A stretch of DNA of 64,000 nt from Amphiscolops sp. MND2022 (lineage: Eukaryota), in assembly GCA_964187785.1 (NCBI GenBank), contig OZ076409.1, positions 62,002,001-62,066,000 of the forward strand, read 5' to 3'. Positions within the stretch are counted from its first letter, which is position 1, and the number at the start of each line of letters is the position of its first letter. This document shows, piece by piece, positions 1-12,679 of this stretch. A program made the position numbers and the translations under genes. The notes beneath the pieces were generated by a model. It was not told the DNA's origin. It did not search any database and saw nothing but the letters and a program-made list of their open reading frames with translations.

Positions 1-3000
1 CCTTTGGTATGTGAACACTAGCTTTTATTGGAACGTGATTTGATCTGCAGGGAGTACGACAGATGGTGTCCAAAAACAACAAAATTTCAAGTTTAGCATG
101 CTCAAAGTCAGTGCTGCCAGTTCACTGTACAATTCTTCCGAAGACCTTCAAGTTAGGTTGCCTAAACAAATAACTAGCACTCGTCCATGCTGGTCCTGGT
201 CTTAGCAAGAGTCAGTGAACAGACTAAAGGAGATTACAACTTTCGTTCATAGTCGTCCGTGAGGATCTCGAAAATTACCTGAAGCCACAAAAAATAATGG
301 TGGTTGCTGTGGATAGTGTAATAACGGCGTTTTTAGTGATAAGGCGAATGATTGATGAAGTGAAAGGTAGTTGCATCTTTGCTTCCTGTAATGAGTATTT
401 TCTCACAATCATGTCAAGCTTGGTTTCTTATATGATGTGATTTTCGCACTGATGTATGAATGTTTAATTTATATCGCTGCAATGGATGTTTTTTATTAGC
501 GTCCATTTTAGATGTCGATGTCCCTTTGGCATGTGAATACTAGTTTTTATTGAGAGGTGTTTTGACTGCAGGGAATACAGCGACATTTGGTGTCCTCCAT
601 AGCAGAAGAAATTTCAAGTTATAAGAATGTTGGAAATCTTTGCTGCCCTTCCACTGTATAATTCCATTGCTAATCTTCAAAACATTTGCGTAAACAACTA
701 CGAGAACTCGGCCACGCCGGTCCTGGTTTCAGTCCCAATCCAGAGTCACTGAACAAATCAAACGACGTTTAAAATTATCTCAAGTTTGAGACTTTGAAAA
801 AAACGTGAATATTCCTGTGGCACGATTTGATTAACAATAGTATCGCACCCTGCTGAAGTAACAATTCTCAGCCTCGAAACGCAACTCAGCTGTTGGCTTT
901 ATTGCAAAGTCTCAGAATAACTTTGAAGACCTGAGAACATTGGACTGCCCAATCATCCAAGTCACGACCGATATTATGAGCAAGTCAGACAATGCTCAGC
1001 GAAGGTCTCGTTTAGAAATACAAACTTTTGAATCAATACAGCTATTTCAAAATTAGATTTCTGGTTGAAGTCTCACATTACTACCTGAACTTGAGGAAGA
1101 CATTGAGAACAAGAGGCACGAAGAGAAGAACTCAGGAGCAGTGCAGAGATGTTAAGCGAAAAAGAGAATACAAGTAAAATTGACCTTTTAGAGTCTCAGA
1201 ATGAGAGTCACTGTTGATACCTCATAATACTTTTTTGAACCAAATGTGAGCTTTTAGTGTCTTGGACTCGAAGCCCCGTTAGTAATTTTAAACCATGAAG
1301 ACGCAAGTGGTTCGAGTCGTGTTTTTCTGAATAGTCATCACCAAAATCAATGAGAGAATCGGAATTGAACCTCCAGGAACCCGATTAATCACTTTTGTGG
1401 CACAAGACAATTGAGGCTCGAGAGCGTGTTGAAAACAAACGGAACATCGACACCTTGACTGGAACTAGTGGATCGCCAGCTATGACTGCCCTTGCAAAAT
1501 ATTATTATTTAATTGATTTCTCCATCAGCCAATGCGAACTTGAAGCGTTGGTAAAGCTCGGTAGTTTCGCCGCGCCTAGAACATTGAAGACATGGAACTC
1601 ATAGACATCCGTAAAGATCTCATAAATAACTTGAAGCCACAAAAAAGATTGGTGGTTGGAGTGAATCTCAGAACAGATCTAGGTAGCAGTCAAGCGCTTT
1701 TACCATTAGATCAAACAGTCTATTTATGATGAACAACATTTTGAATTATCATTATCAACGCCGTTGTTATAATATCGCGTTCTAAATGAAGCTGATGCCA
1801 CACAACTCCCAGCAGAACACAGCACTACTGGGGATTCAAGCCACTTATGTAAACGCTAATTTCTAACAATCATGTTGAGGTTGCGTTATTATAGTGGTAG
1901 CTTTTACATGATTGGCTTGAATCGTCAATAGTGCTGTCTTCGACTAGACGCAGTGTGGCATCAGCATCAGTCAGAAGAGGATAGTGTAACAACTACGTTG
2001 TTAGTGATAAATCGAATGATGGACGAAATGATTGGTAGATCTGTGTTGAGATGATGGTTTGATTCCTGTAGTGGCTAATTTGTCTCAATAATGTGAAACT
2101 TCTGTTGTTATTTGAACTGATTTGTACACTGATTTTTGGGTTTTTATTATTTTATATTGTTGTAATTGACTTTATTAAATACATTACTTTATTTAAAATG
2201 TCGATGTTCTTTGGTATGTGAATACTAGTTTTTATTGAGAGAAACGTGTTTTGATTTGCTGGGAATACGACAAACAGTGTCCACACCAGAAGACACTTCA
2301 AGATTAGCGTGCTCACAATCATTTCTGGAAATCCACTGTAAATTTTCATAGAAGATCTTCAAACAAATTTGCGTAAACAACTACGAGAACTTGTCCACGC
2401 TGATCCATGTTTCAGTCTGAACCTAGAATCCTTGAACACGTCAAAAGACGGTTGAGACTATCTCGAAACTGAAGAACTGAAAATAAAGAGAATAGTCCTA
2501 GAGCACGATATGATTAACAAAACTACAACATCCCAGAGAGGTAACAACTGTCAACCTCAACGTGTAACTCATCTATTGGCTTCATTGTGATATCTCACAT
2601 TTTTTGGCGTAGTGTTTTGTCAACGTACAAGGTCACCGAACTTCTTTGAACACCTGAGAACAGTGGACTGCCCAATCATCGAAGCTACGACAGATATTAG
2701 AGCAAGTCAGAGCAGCGCAGTGAAGTTCTCGTTGAGAATTACAAAGCTATGCTTCAATCCAGCTATCTCGGAATCAGATCTCTCTGTGTGATCGTACACT
2801 ATCACCCGAACTTGAGGAAGATCTTGAAAACAAGAGGCACCAAGCGAAGAACCTTTCAGAGGATAGGCTAAGCGAAAAAAAAGAAGACAACTGAACGTGA
2901 GTTTTTAGAGTCTCGGACTCGGAGTTGCTGTTGTTACCTCATAAGAGCTATTCTAATCGAGTGTAAGCTTTTAGAGACTTGGGACTCAAAGCTTCGTTAG

Positions 3001-3400
3001 TATTTCTTAGCTATTAGGATGCAAATTGTTTTTCGGATTTTGTTTCGAAAACTCATAATCAAAATCAAAATGGAAACCAGAAACGAGCCTCAAGGAACCC
3101 AATCAAGCACTTTTAAGTCTCAAGGTTTTTGAGGTGCGAGCGCATGTTGAAAAGAAAAAGGACATCGACGCAGTCCCTGGAACTAGTTGACAGCCAACTG
3201 TCGATGCCAGAGCCCAAAATTATCAAGTGATTGATTTCACTAATGCGGCCTCGAAGCGTTGATAAGGCTCAGTAGCCTCGTCGCGCCAATAAGTATTGGA
3301 GACACGAGAATTATAGACATCCATAAGTTAATCATAAACAACTTGAAGCCACAAGAGAGACTAGTGGTTGCAGAACTCACTGGCTTGAGTTGTAATGAGG
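1..3400 (+). repeat. Degenerate direct repeats of a short Gypsy LTR plus 5' leader/gag remnant (LTR copies at 1-61 partial, 436-585, ~2112-2272)
   Basis: The motif ggYatgtgaaYactag.ttttattg...ggga.tac(agc)gaCA recurs at 1-61, 436-585, 2197-2272 and 20796-20851. It is followed by PBS-like TGGTGTC at 64 and 588. Downstream sequence ~590-1660 aligns with ~2280-3370 at an offset of ~1.7 kb. Confidence 0.7.
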
Positions 3401-5159
3401 AGAAGCAGCAAAAACCAACTACCTTGCTAGTGTCCGAGAGGCTGCGCGTTATCGCATGTTCTTCAATCTCAAAGCGTATCCGTATCCTGAAGCTGAATGA
3501 TCAGATTACAATTCATTGCTTGACTACGAAAAAGGGAGTCCAATCTCAAGTTACTTGAGGCACTCAGAGCACACAACAACTTGACTGCGGAATAACTCCT
3601 TCACTTCATTCAATATAGAACCCAGGACAAGCGATTTACTAATTGCTCAGTTCATCAGTCAATTTCAAGTGTAGTAGCAAATGCGGAAAAGGTGGCCCCA
3701 ATGGTAAAAATGATCTGAGTCGCCGTCAGAAGCCAGAGCAGTGTTGACGATGTGGACGAAAACCATTCCACCTATTTAATAAGTGCACTGCTAAAACGAA
3801 AAGCGACAAAATTGTTCGATGCAAGAATATGCAAAGCTAGAAAACAAAGAGCCTTGCGAACTGAAGGGAAAACGTAACGAAAATTAATTGCATCAGTGTA
3901 CCGTGCTTGTGAAGAACAAGTGTTTGAAGATAATGCCTCATCTGAAGAAACCATGTTTTTAGGGAACAAATCGCGACTGTAGAAGAGTTCCATCACTTTG
4001 GAAGCAAAGCTGAAATTCATTCCATCAAGTCAAATGCTCATGACGTTCGAAAGCAGAACAACACTGGTTCTTGAGTGACCATAGTGATCATTATCTGAAG
4101 AAACATTTGGCGGCGAATTGGCTCTCTAACATTGAGCACTAACCCACAATAGATTGAAGCGTGCGATGAACACAGGTGCAGTATCTTGGACAACTAAAGT
4201 GTGGGATCACATTTGAAAGGAAACATTATAGCGTTTACAGCGAAGATCAAGTCCTAGAAAGAATTCGGATTGGCTGGCAGAGACGTGACCCGAGTTGATC
4301 ACATTCACAACGCGTCTTTATCTGATGTAAAAAACTTGCCTGTCATTAAAGAAGTTAGGGCCACTATGAAACCGAAGCCTGCTGCAAAACCGGTTTTTTT
4401 GCCGCCCTCGGGAAGTTTCAATTGCCATGGAAGCCCAGGTCAAAATTGATTTGGCGGAACTTCAGGCACAAGGATTCATTGCCCCAGTCGATCCAGGAGG
4501 TGTCATGAATGCCTCGCCATTCGTGTGGCAAAGCAAGAAGGAACTGTTAGGCTTTGTGCAGACTTCAAAAATCATGTCTATATAATCATGACAGAATACT
4601 ACCTCCCCGACATCGAAACTTTATTTCACGTGCTGGTGGAATCAGAGTTTCATGTCAAGATTGGCTTATCTTCTGCTCATTACCAAATATTGCAGGATGA
4701 TGCAGCGTAAGACAATCGTGTCATCAAAACAACGCTTGATCTCTTCAAGTTAATCGACCATCACAAGGAATGAAAAACCCATCCGGGAAGTACCAGCGAA
4801 CAATCGAGAACTCAGGATTCAAATTTGTCGACGCTGGTTCAAGTTGGATAGAAGCGTTCTTGTGGAACGATCGCCCCTCAGAAAATTTCTAATATTGTCT
4901 GTCCGTCATTTTTTTGGCGATTTTGAGTCCCGCACACTTTAGTTTTCTTCAACGCTAAGGAATTGATCAACGACAAAGTTGTCATGTGGTTATAGGCTTA
5001 CGGTTGCACCAAATTAGAGGGTCCAATGTACAAACCAAGGAGTATTGCACTTGCCAAACGGGCTGTTCAGACTGTTAAGAAAGCATTGAGGGCATGCAGC
5101 GCGTCTCTCCGTGTTAGTTTTCAATCCATTTTGCAGCAGTTTGAGTTCTGTTCACACGG

Positions 5160-5399
5160 TGTTAGAGACCGATGAACCGATGAAAGTCAAACGATCATTG
5201 AATGTCAACAAACTCAGACTATACCAGACTGAACTAATTCAATTTATAATTGTTGTTTGCAAACATGTACCTGTTAGTTTTATCTTCACTTGACTGAATC
5301 ACTTTCTCGAACGCACATCTCAAAATAAAGTATTGACAATAATCAATCTTCATCAATCCGACCACCCAGCTACGATCATAAGGAGCGCGGGCCCTAATA
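5160..5399 (+). repeat. copia 5' LTR
   Basis: Runs TGTTAGAGACC...CCCTAATA, is a direct repeat of 16144-16375, and is followed immediately by the PBS. Confidence 0.92.
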
Positions 5400-5409
5400 G
5401 GTTATGGGC
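5400..5409 (+). promoter_or_regulatory. copia-type primer binding site (GGTTATGGGC)
   Basis: Abuts the LTR end and matches the GGTTATGGGCCC motif of copia elements primed by an initiator tRNA-Met fragment. Confidence 0.85.
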
Positions 5410-6201
5410 AATACAATTTGGTGTGTTTTTTCAAACTTTTCTGCTTACTTTCACTATGCTCGCCTGATATTATTTTTCGTTCTCCATTTTTGCTTTTTGC
5501 GTCTCGGATATCCACAATTTTTGCTATTTATGCCGCCGATACCAGCGTTTCGCTTCCGTGAACTTTGTAGCTTATATTCGTGGGAACTCTTGTTTTGCTG
5601 CTTCCATTTTTGTTTCAGTTACTTCCTTCTGCCTGTTTGGGCTTTTGTTGGAGTTTGTGAGGGATGGATTGACGCTTGCAGTATCTCCAGTTCTCCGGCA
5701 AAGAAGAAGACTTAGCTGTGTGGCAGGAGCAATTCAAGGGCCTTCTGTTTCACGAAGAAGCTGCTCAACGTGCTGAATGGATCAGATGCTGGCACAAGAC
5801 AAAAAGTACGAAACTTGGGCGTACTTGGTACAGTGTCTCGGCAGCCGCAGTATCACGATGCTGATGAACGACCGCAAGGGTGATGGTCCGAAGGCATGAC
5901 AACTACTGCGGGATCACTTCAACAGCACCGAAACACCGATGTTGATGAACGATGAACCTAATTCAGAAATGCACAACCCTGCGATTGGAGCCCACGGAGA
6001 GCATGGTTGACTACCGAGCGGAGTATGTGAGTGAGCAGTTGGAGCTCGCTGGTGAGAAAATTCTGAAAACATGTTATTTCCGATAGTTCTTAAGGGTTTG
6101 CCTTCCGAATATGACTATTTCAAAACTGTGCACGATTTTTCGAAAGATGAGGCGTCTTTTGCGGAAGTAAAGAAATCATTAAAAAATTCGAATGTTCTCG
6201 T

Positions 6202-9200
6202 AACCTACAAAATACGACAGCTAGCAATGAAATTGTTGCCTTGTTATCCAAAAAAACTGCTGCGAAAAGTTCCTCGCGTAAACCTGAAAAATTCAGTAGG
6301 AAGTGTAGGCGCTGCGGTAAAAGTGGACACAAAAAAGCCACTTGTAGAGTATCCCAGTGCAACTTTTGCAGGCGTTTTGGCCATGAAGAGAATAAACGTT
6401 TCAAAAAATCCTTTTTAAACCCTAGGTCAAGTGCTGACTTATGAGAGTCAAACCTAGCTGAGGACTTGCTTTTCTGTTGTGATGGTAGTGAGACAGCACT
6501 CACTAGCCAAAGAGGGGAGGTGAAGGAGCACATTTTGGTCATTGATTCTGGTGCTTCCTCGCATATGTGTTTCGACCGTTCTCTGTTCTTCGACTTTAGC
6601 GAAGAACAACAACTCAAAGTAAAAATTGAGGACATTGTAAAAGTTTCTCCTTTACTTTTGGACAAAGATGGCGAGAATGAAGAAGCGGTGCTCTGGCGAC
6701 CTCGCCTTGGTCACAACCATTTCAAAAATGTGAAACGTTTGGCTCATCATGTTTCGGGAATGAACTTGAAAAACATTGCTTTTGATGAACTTTTTTGTTG
6801 TGAAGTTTGTACAATTTCTAAGTCACGATGGCAACCACTATCGCAAAAAAAGGAGCAAGGAAAATCTTCGAAACTTGATCTCGTTTTCACTGACATTTTT
6901 GGACCGATGCTAACTATTTCGCTTGGTGGGAAACGATACGCTATTTCTTTACGGATAGCTTCAGCAGGTACTCAGAGGTATTTTTCCTCAAATCGAAGAA
7001 GGAGTGCCTAGATAAGTTCAAAGTTTTTTGGGCGGAAGTGTAATCGCCCAGAGCTATCTGTTCTCATAATGGGAAAGAGTATACTTCAAAGTCTTTTGCA
7101 AGTTTTTGTTTTGTATATCAAACCGAATCTAACATGAGCATACTTCCCCTTTGTCGTCTCATCAAAACGGTGTGAGCGAACGTCGCTGGCAAACAGCAGT
7201 GGAAATGGCTCGCTGCATGATATAAACAACCAAACTCGGTAATGAATTTTGGATTCGGTGCCTACAACGGCTTTTTAAATTTCAAACCGTTGCCTCAGAG
7301 TTAGTTTACCAAACGGTAAAATACCCTTCAAAATGTTCTACGGTGAAAAACCGGATATTTCTTACTCTTAAGTTTTTGGATGTACTGCTTTCAAACAAAT
7401 TGAAACACATCAAGACAAACTTTTCGATGAAGCCACCAAATAAGTGTTTGTTGGATAATCTGAGGATTCCGAAGCACATGGTTTGTACAATCCTAACTCT
7501 AAAAAGACTTCGTTTTCTCGCAACGTCTTCTTTTATGAGACTTCTTTTGACTCTTTTGCTGCGCACACAAGTAAAAACATCCGAGCCTTTGTAACCAAAA
7601 AGCCGGCCACCCAACGAGTTTTGCCTGAAATACTGGAATATTTTTGCGAAAAGTCTTCAGTTCCTGTTTAACCGACTGAAACATTGATTGATTTAGAAAC
7701 TGAAACAACCCCTTCTCCCGTTGATGTTGTTTCATCTGAAAACATTTGTGCCACTGAAAGTATTGTTTTTTGCGGTCTCGAAGTGGGAGAGTTATCAAAC
7801 CTCCTGCGTATCTCGACGACTACGTTGTCTTAACGGATGACATTGATGAGAATCTAACTTATCGTGAAACAATGGAGTCATCGCTTAAAAGCGAATGGAT
7901 CGAAGCTACTCAAAAAGAGTACAATGAGTTGAATGAGAACAAAACCTGGGTGCTTTTTCTGCTTCACCCGGGTCGAAAAGCAATTGAAAGCCTGTGGGTT
8001 TTCAAAATTAAGCGACACGACGACGGAACTATTGAGAATTTCAAGTCTCGTTTCGTAGCCCAAGGGTTTTCGCAAGTTTTTGGGAGCAACTACGATGAAA
8101 CTTTTGCGCCTACTGCCCAATTTTGTACCTTGAGGATTTCTTTTGGGCTCGCTGCTTCTTGGTCGACTTTTGTTTTTCAGTTAGACGTCCGTTCAGCCTT
8201 CCTCAATGCGATTTTAAATGATGAACTTTACATAGAACAACCTGATTGCTGGCTGCGCGCAAGCTGGGGCTAATGATGAAACACCTTATTGCAAGCTTCA
8301 AAATTGCCTTTATGGTTTAAAGCAAGCAGGGAGGGAATGGAACAAAACTTTCACCCAGTGATTTTCGAAGAACGAATTTGTACAGTCTGCCGAGGATCTT
8401 GTCTTTTTCGTTGCGATGGGACTAATGGTTGCCAACGTTTTGTACTAGTTTGGGTCGACAACATTTCGTACTTTTCAGACAACGACAAATTGTTGCATGA
8501 TTTCAAAGCAATAATCAGCGATGCATTCAGCAAAGATGATCGTGGGAAAATGACTTGGTTTTTGGGATGCAATATTGAACAGTCACACGGCCGCATTTGT
8601 CTTAGCCAGCGGCCATTTATATAGGACATTTTGCGCAAAAGTCATATTGTTGATTGGTTGCGTCTGATTGTAAGCCAGTCAGTATTCCAGCTATAGCCCA
8701 TACGAAACAGTCTATCTCGGACTGCCTCATCAAAGGTAGTGAAATTTCAATTGAAATTTGCGAAAAGAAACAATGTTGGAAATTTATTGCATTTGTCCGT
8801 TGTTAGTCGCCCCGATATTTGCTTTGCTGTCTATTACTTAGCACAATTCATGTCAAATCCTGGTAAAGCCCAATGGTGTGCATTGGAACACCTTTTCCGT
8901 TTTCTCCAGGGCACCGAGTCTCTTCCTCTTGTATATAACTGCTTTGAAAATCTCAATCATTTTGGTTTTTTCGGATTCCGATTGGGCCACCCACAAGGAC
9001 GATCGCATGTCAACTTTAGGTTTTTGCTTCAAACTAAGTCGTTCTTGTGGTGTTGTGTCTTGGGCGTCCAAAAAGCAAGGGTGTGTGGCACTTAGCTCTT
9101 GTGAAGTCGAGTATGTTTCGTTGGCTTTGGCTGCACAGGAAGCAGTCTATTTGCAAGGCCTGCTCCTTTTCTTCAGATTGATGACGGTGGACACGCCTGT

Positions 9201-9430
9201 TCTCTTGTGTGGTGACAATCACTCGCACTGGCCAGCAACCCTGTAGCCCACAAACGAGCTAAACACATAGAAACCCGACACCACTTCATCCGTTAACTGG
9301 TTGAGGACAAACGCATTCAACTGTCTTATGTCTCCACGAAGAACAACTTGGCTGATATCTTCAACAAGAACGTTACCAAGCCTGCCTTCAATGAGCTCTC
9401 ATCACAACTTCTTCTCATTCACCCATACAA
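6202..9430 (+). repeat. Tandem unit 1 of the copia gag(C-term)-pol region (pseudogene)
   Basis: aacctacaaaatacgacagct begins at 6202, 9431 and 12680, and the ORF set repeats with this period. Confidence 0.9.
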
Positions 9431-12400
9431 AACCTACAAAATACGACAGCTACCAATGCAAATGTTGCCTTGTTATCCAAAGGAACTGCTGCGAAAAGTT
9501 CCTCGCGTAAACCTGAAAAATTCAGTGGGAAGTGTAGGCGTTGCAGTAAAAGTGGACATAAACAAGCCATTTGTAGAGTATACCAGTGCAACTTTTGCAG
9601 GCGTTTTGGCCATGAAGAGAATACATGTTTCTAAAAAATCCTCTTTTAAACCCTAGGTCAAGTGCTGACTTATGAGAGTCAAACCTAGCTGAGGACTTGC
9701 TTTTCTGTTGTGATGGTAGTGAGACAGCACTCACTAGCCAAAGAGGGGAGGTGAAGGAGCACATTTTGGTCATTGATTCTGGTGCTTCCTCGCTTCCTCG
9801 CATATGTTTTTCGACCGTTCTCTGTTCTTCGACTTTAGCGAAGAACAACAACTCAAAGTAAAAATTGAGGACATTGGAAAAGTTTCTCCTTTACTTTTGG
9901 ACAAAGATGGCGAGAATGAAGAAGCGGTGCTCTGGCGACCTCGCCTTGGTCACAACCATTTCAAAAATGTGAAACGTTTGGCTCATCATGTTTCGGGAAT
10001 GAACTTGAAAAACAGTGCTTTTGATGAACTTTTTTGTTGTGAAGTTTGTACAATTTCTAAGTCACGATGGCAACCAGTATCGCAAAAAAAGGAGCAAGGA
10101 AAATCTTCGAAACTTGATCTCGTTTTCACTGACATTTTTGGACCGATGCTAACTATTTCGCTTGGTGGGAAACGATACGCTATTTCTTTACGGATAGCTT
10201 CAGCAGGTACTCAGAGGTATATTTCCTCAAATCGAAGAAGGAGTGCCTAGATAAGTTCAAAGTTTTTTGGGCGGAAGTGGAATCGCCCAGAGCTATCTGT
10301 TCTCATAATGGGAAAGAGTATACTTCAAAGTCTTTTGCAAGTTTTTGTTTTGTATATCAAACCGAATCTAACGTGAGCATACTTCCCCTTTGTCGTCTCA
10401 TCAAAACGGTGTGAGCGAACGTCGCTGGCACACAGCAGTGGAAATGGCTCGCTGCATGATATAAACAACCAAACTCGGTAATGAATTTTGGATTCGGTGC
10501 ATACAACGGCTTTTTAAATTTCAAACCGTTGCCTCAGAGTTAGTTTACCAAACGGTAAAATACCCTTCGAAATGTTCTTCGGTGAAAAACCGGATATTTC
10601 TTACTTATAAGTTTTTGGATGTACTGCTTTCAAACAAATTGAAACACATCAAGACAAACTTTTCGATAAAGCCACCAAATAAGTTTTTGTTGGATAATCT
10701 GAGGATTCCGAAGCACATGGTTTGTACAATCCTAACTCTAAAAAGACTTCGTTTTCTCGCAACGTCTTCTTTTATGAGACTTCTTTTGACTCTTTTGCTG
10801 CGCACACAAGTCAAAACATCCGAGCCTTTGTAACCAAAAAGCCGGCCACCCAACGAGTTTTGCCTGAAATACTGGAATATTTTTGCGAAAAGTCTTCAGT
10901 TCCTGTTTAACCGACTGAAACATTGATTGATTTAGAAACTGAAACAACCCCTTCTCCCGTTGATGTTGTTTCATCTGAAAACATTTGTGCCACTGAAAGT
11001 ATTGTTTTTTGCGGTCTCGAAGTGGGAGAGTTATCAAACCTCCTGCGTATCTCGACGACTACGTTGTTTTAACGGATGACAGCGATGAGAATCTAACTTA
11101 TCGTGAAACAATGGAGTCATCGCTTAAAAGCGAATGGATCGAAGCTACTCAAAAAGAGTACAATGAGTTGAATGAGAACAAAACCTGGGTGCTTTTTCTG
11201 CTTCACCCGGGTCGAAAAGCAATTGAAAGCCTGTGGGTTTTCAAAATTAAGCGACACGACGACGGAACTATTGAGAATTTCAAGTCTCGTTTCGTAGCCC
11301 AAGGGTTTTCGCAAGTTTTTGGGAGCAACTACGATGAAACTTTTGCGCCTACTGCCCAATTTTGTACCTTGAGGATTTCTTTTGGGCTCGCTGCTTCTTG
11401 GTCGACTTTTGTTTTTCAGTTAGACGTCCGTTCAGCCTTCCTCAATGCGATTTTAAATGATGAACTTTACATAGAACAACCCGACTGCTGGCTGCGCGCA
11501 AGCTGGGGCTAATGATGAAACACCTTATTGCAAGCTTCAAAATTGCCTTTATGGTTTAAAGCAAGCAGGGAGGGAATGGAACAAAACTTTCACCCAGTGA
11601 TTTTCGAAGAACGAATTTGTACAGTCTGCCGAGGATCTTGTCTTTTTCGTTGCGATGGGACTAATGGTTGCCAACGTTTTGTACTAGTTTGGGTCGACAA
11701 CATTTCGTACTTTTCAGACAACGACAAATTGTTGCATGATTTCAAAGCAATAATCAGCGATGCATTCAGCAAAGATGATCGTGGGAAAATGACTTGGTTT
11801 TTGGGATGCAATATTGAACAGTCACACGGCCGCATTTGTCTTAGCCAGCGGCCATTTATATAGGACATTTTGCGCAAAAGTCATATTGTTGATTGGTTGC
11901 GTCTGATTGTAAGCCAGTCAGTATTCCAGCTATAGCCCATACGAAACAGTCTATCTCGGACTGCCTCATCAAAGGTAGTGAAATTTCAATTGAAATTTGC
12001 GAAAAGAAACAATATCGTAGCTTTGTTGGAAATTTATTGCATTTGTCCGTTGTTAGTCGCCCCGATATTTGCTTTGCTGTCTATTACTTAGCACAATTCA
12101 TGTCAAATCCTGGTAAAGCCCAATGGTGTGCATTGGAACACCTTTTCCGTTTTCTCCAGGGCACCGAGTCTCTTTCTCTAGTGTATAACTGCTTTGAAAA
12201 TCTCAATCATTTTGGTTTTTCGGATTCCGATTGGGCCACCCACAAGGACGATCGCATGTCAACTTTGGGTTTTTGCTTCAAACTAAGTCGTTCTTGTGGT
12301 GTTGTGTCTTGGGCGTCCAAAAAGCAAGGGTGTGTGGCACTTAGCTCTTGTGAAGTCGAGTATGTTTCGTTGGCTTTGGCTGCACAGGAAGCAGTCTATT

Positions 12401-12679
12401 TGCAAGGCCTGCTCCTTTTCTTCAGATTGATGACGGTGGACACGCCTGTTCTCTTGTGTGGTGACAATCACTCGCACTGGCCAGCAACCCTGTAGCCCAC
12501 AAACGAGCTAAACACATAGAAACCCGACACCACTTCATCCGTTAACTGGTTGAGGACAAACGCATTCAACTGTCTTATGTCTCCACGAAGAACAACTTGG
12601 CTGATATCTTCAACAAGAACGTTACCAAGCCTGCCTTCAATGAGCTCTCATCACAACTTCTTCTCATTCACCCATACAA
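9431..12679 (+). repeat. Tandem unit 2 of the copia gag(C-term)-pol region (pseudogene)
   Basis: Near-identical to unit 1, with the same junction sequence at both ends. Confidence 0.9.
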
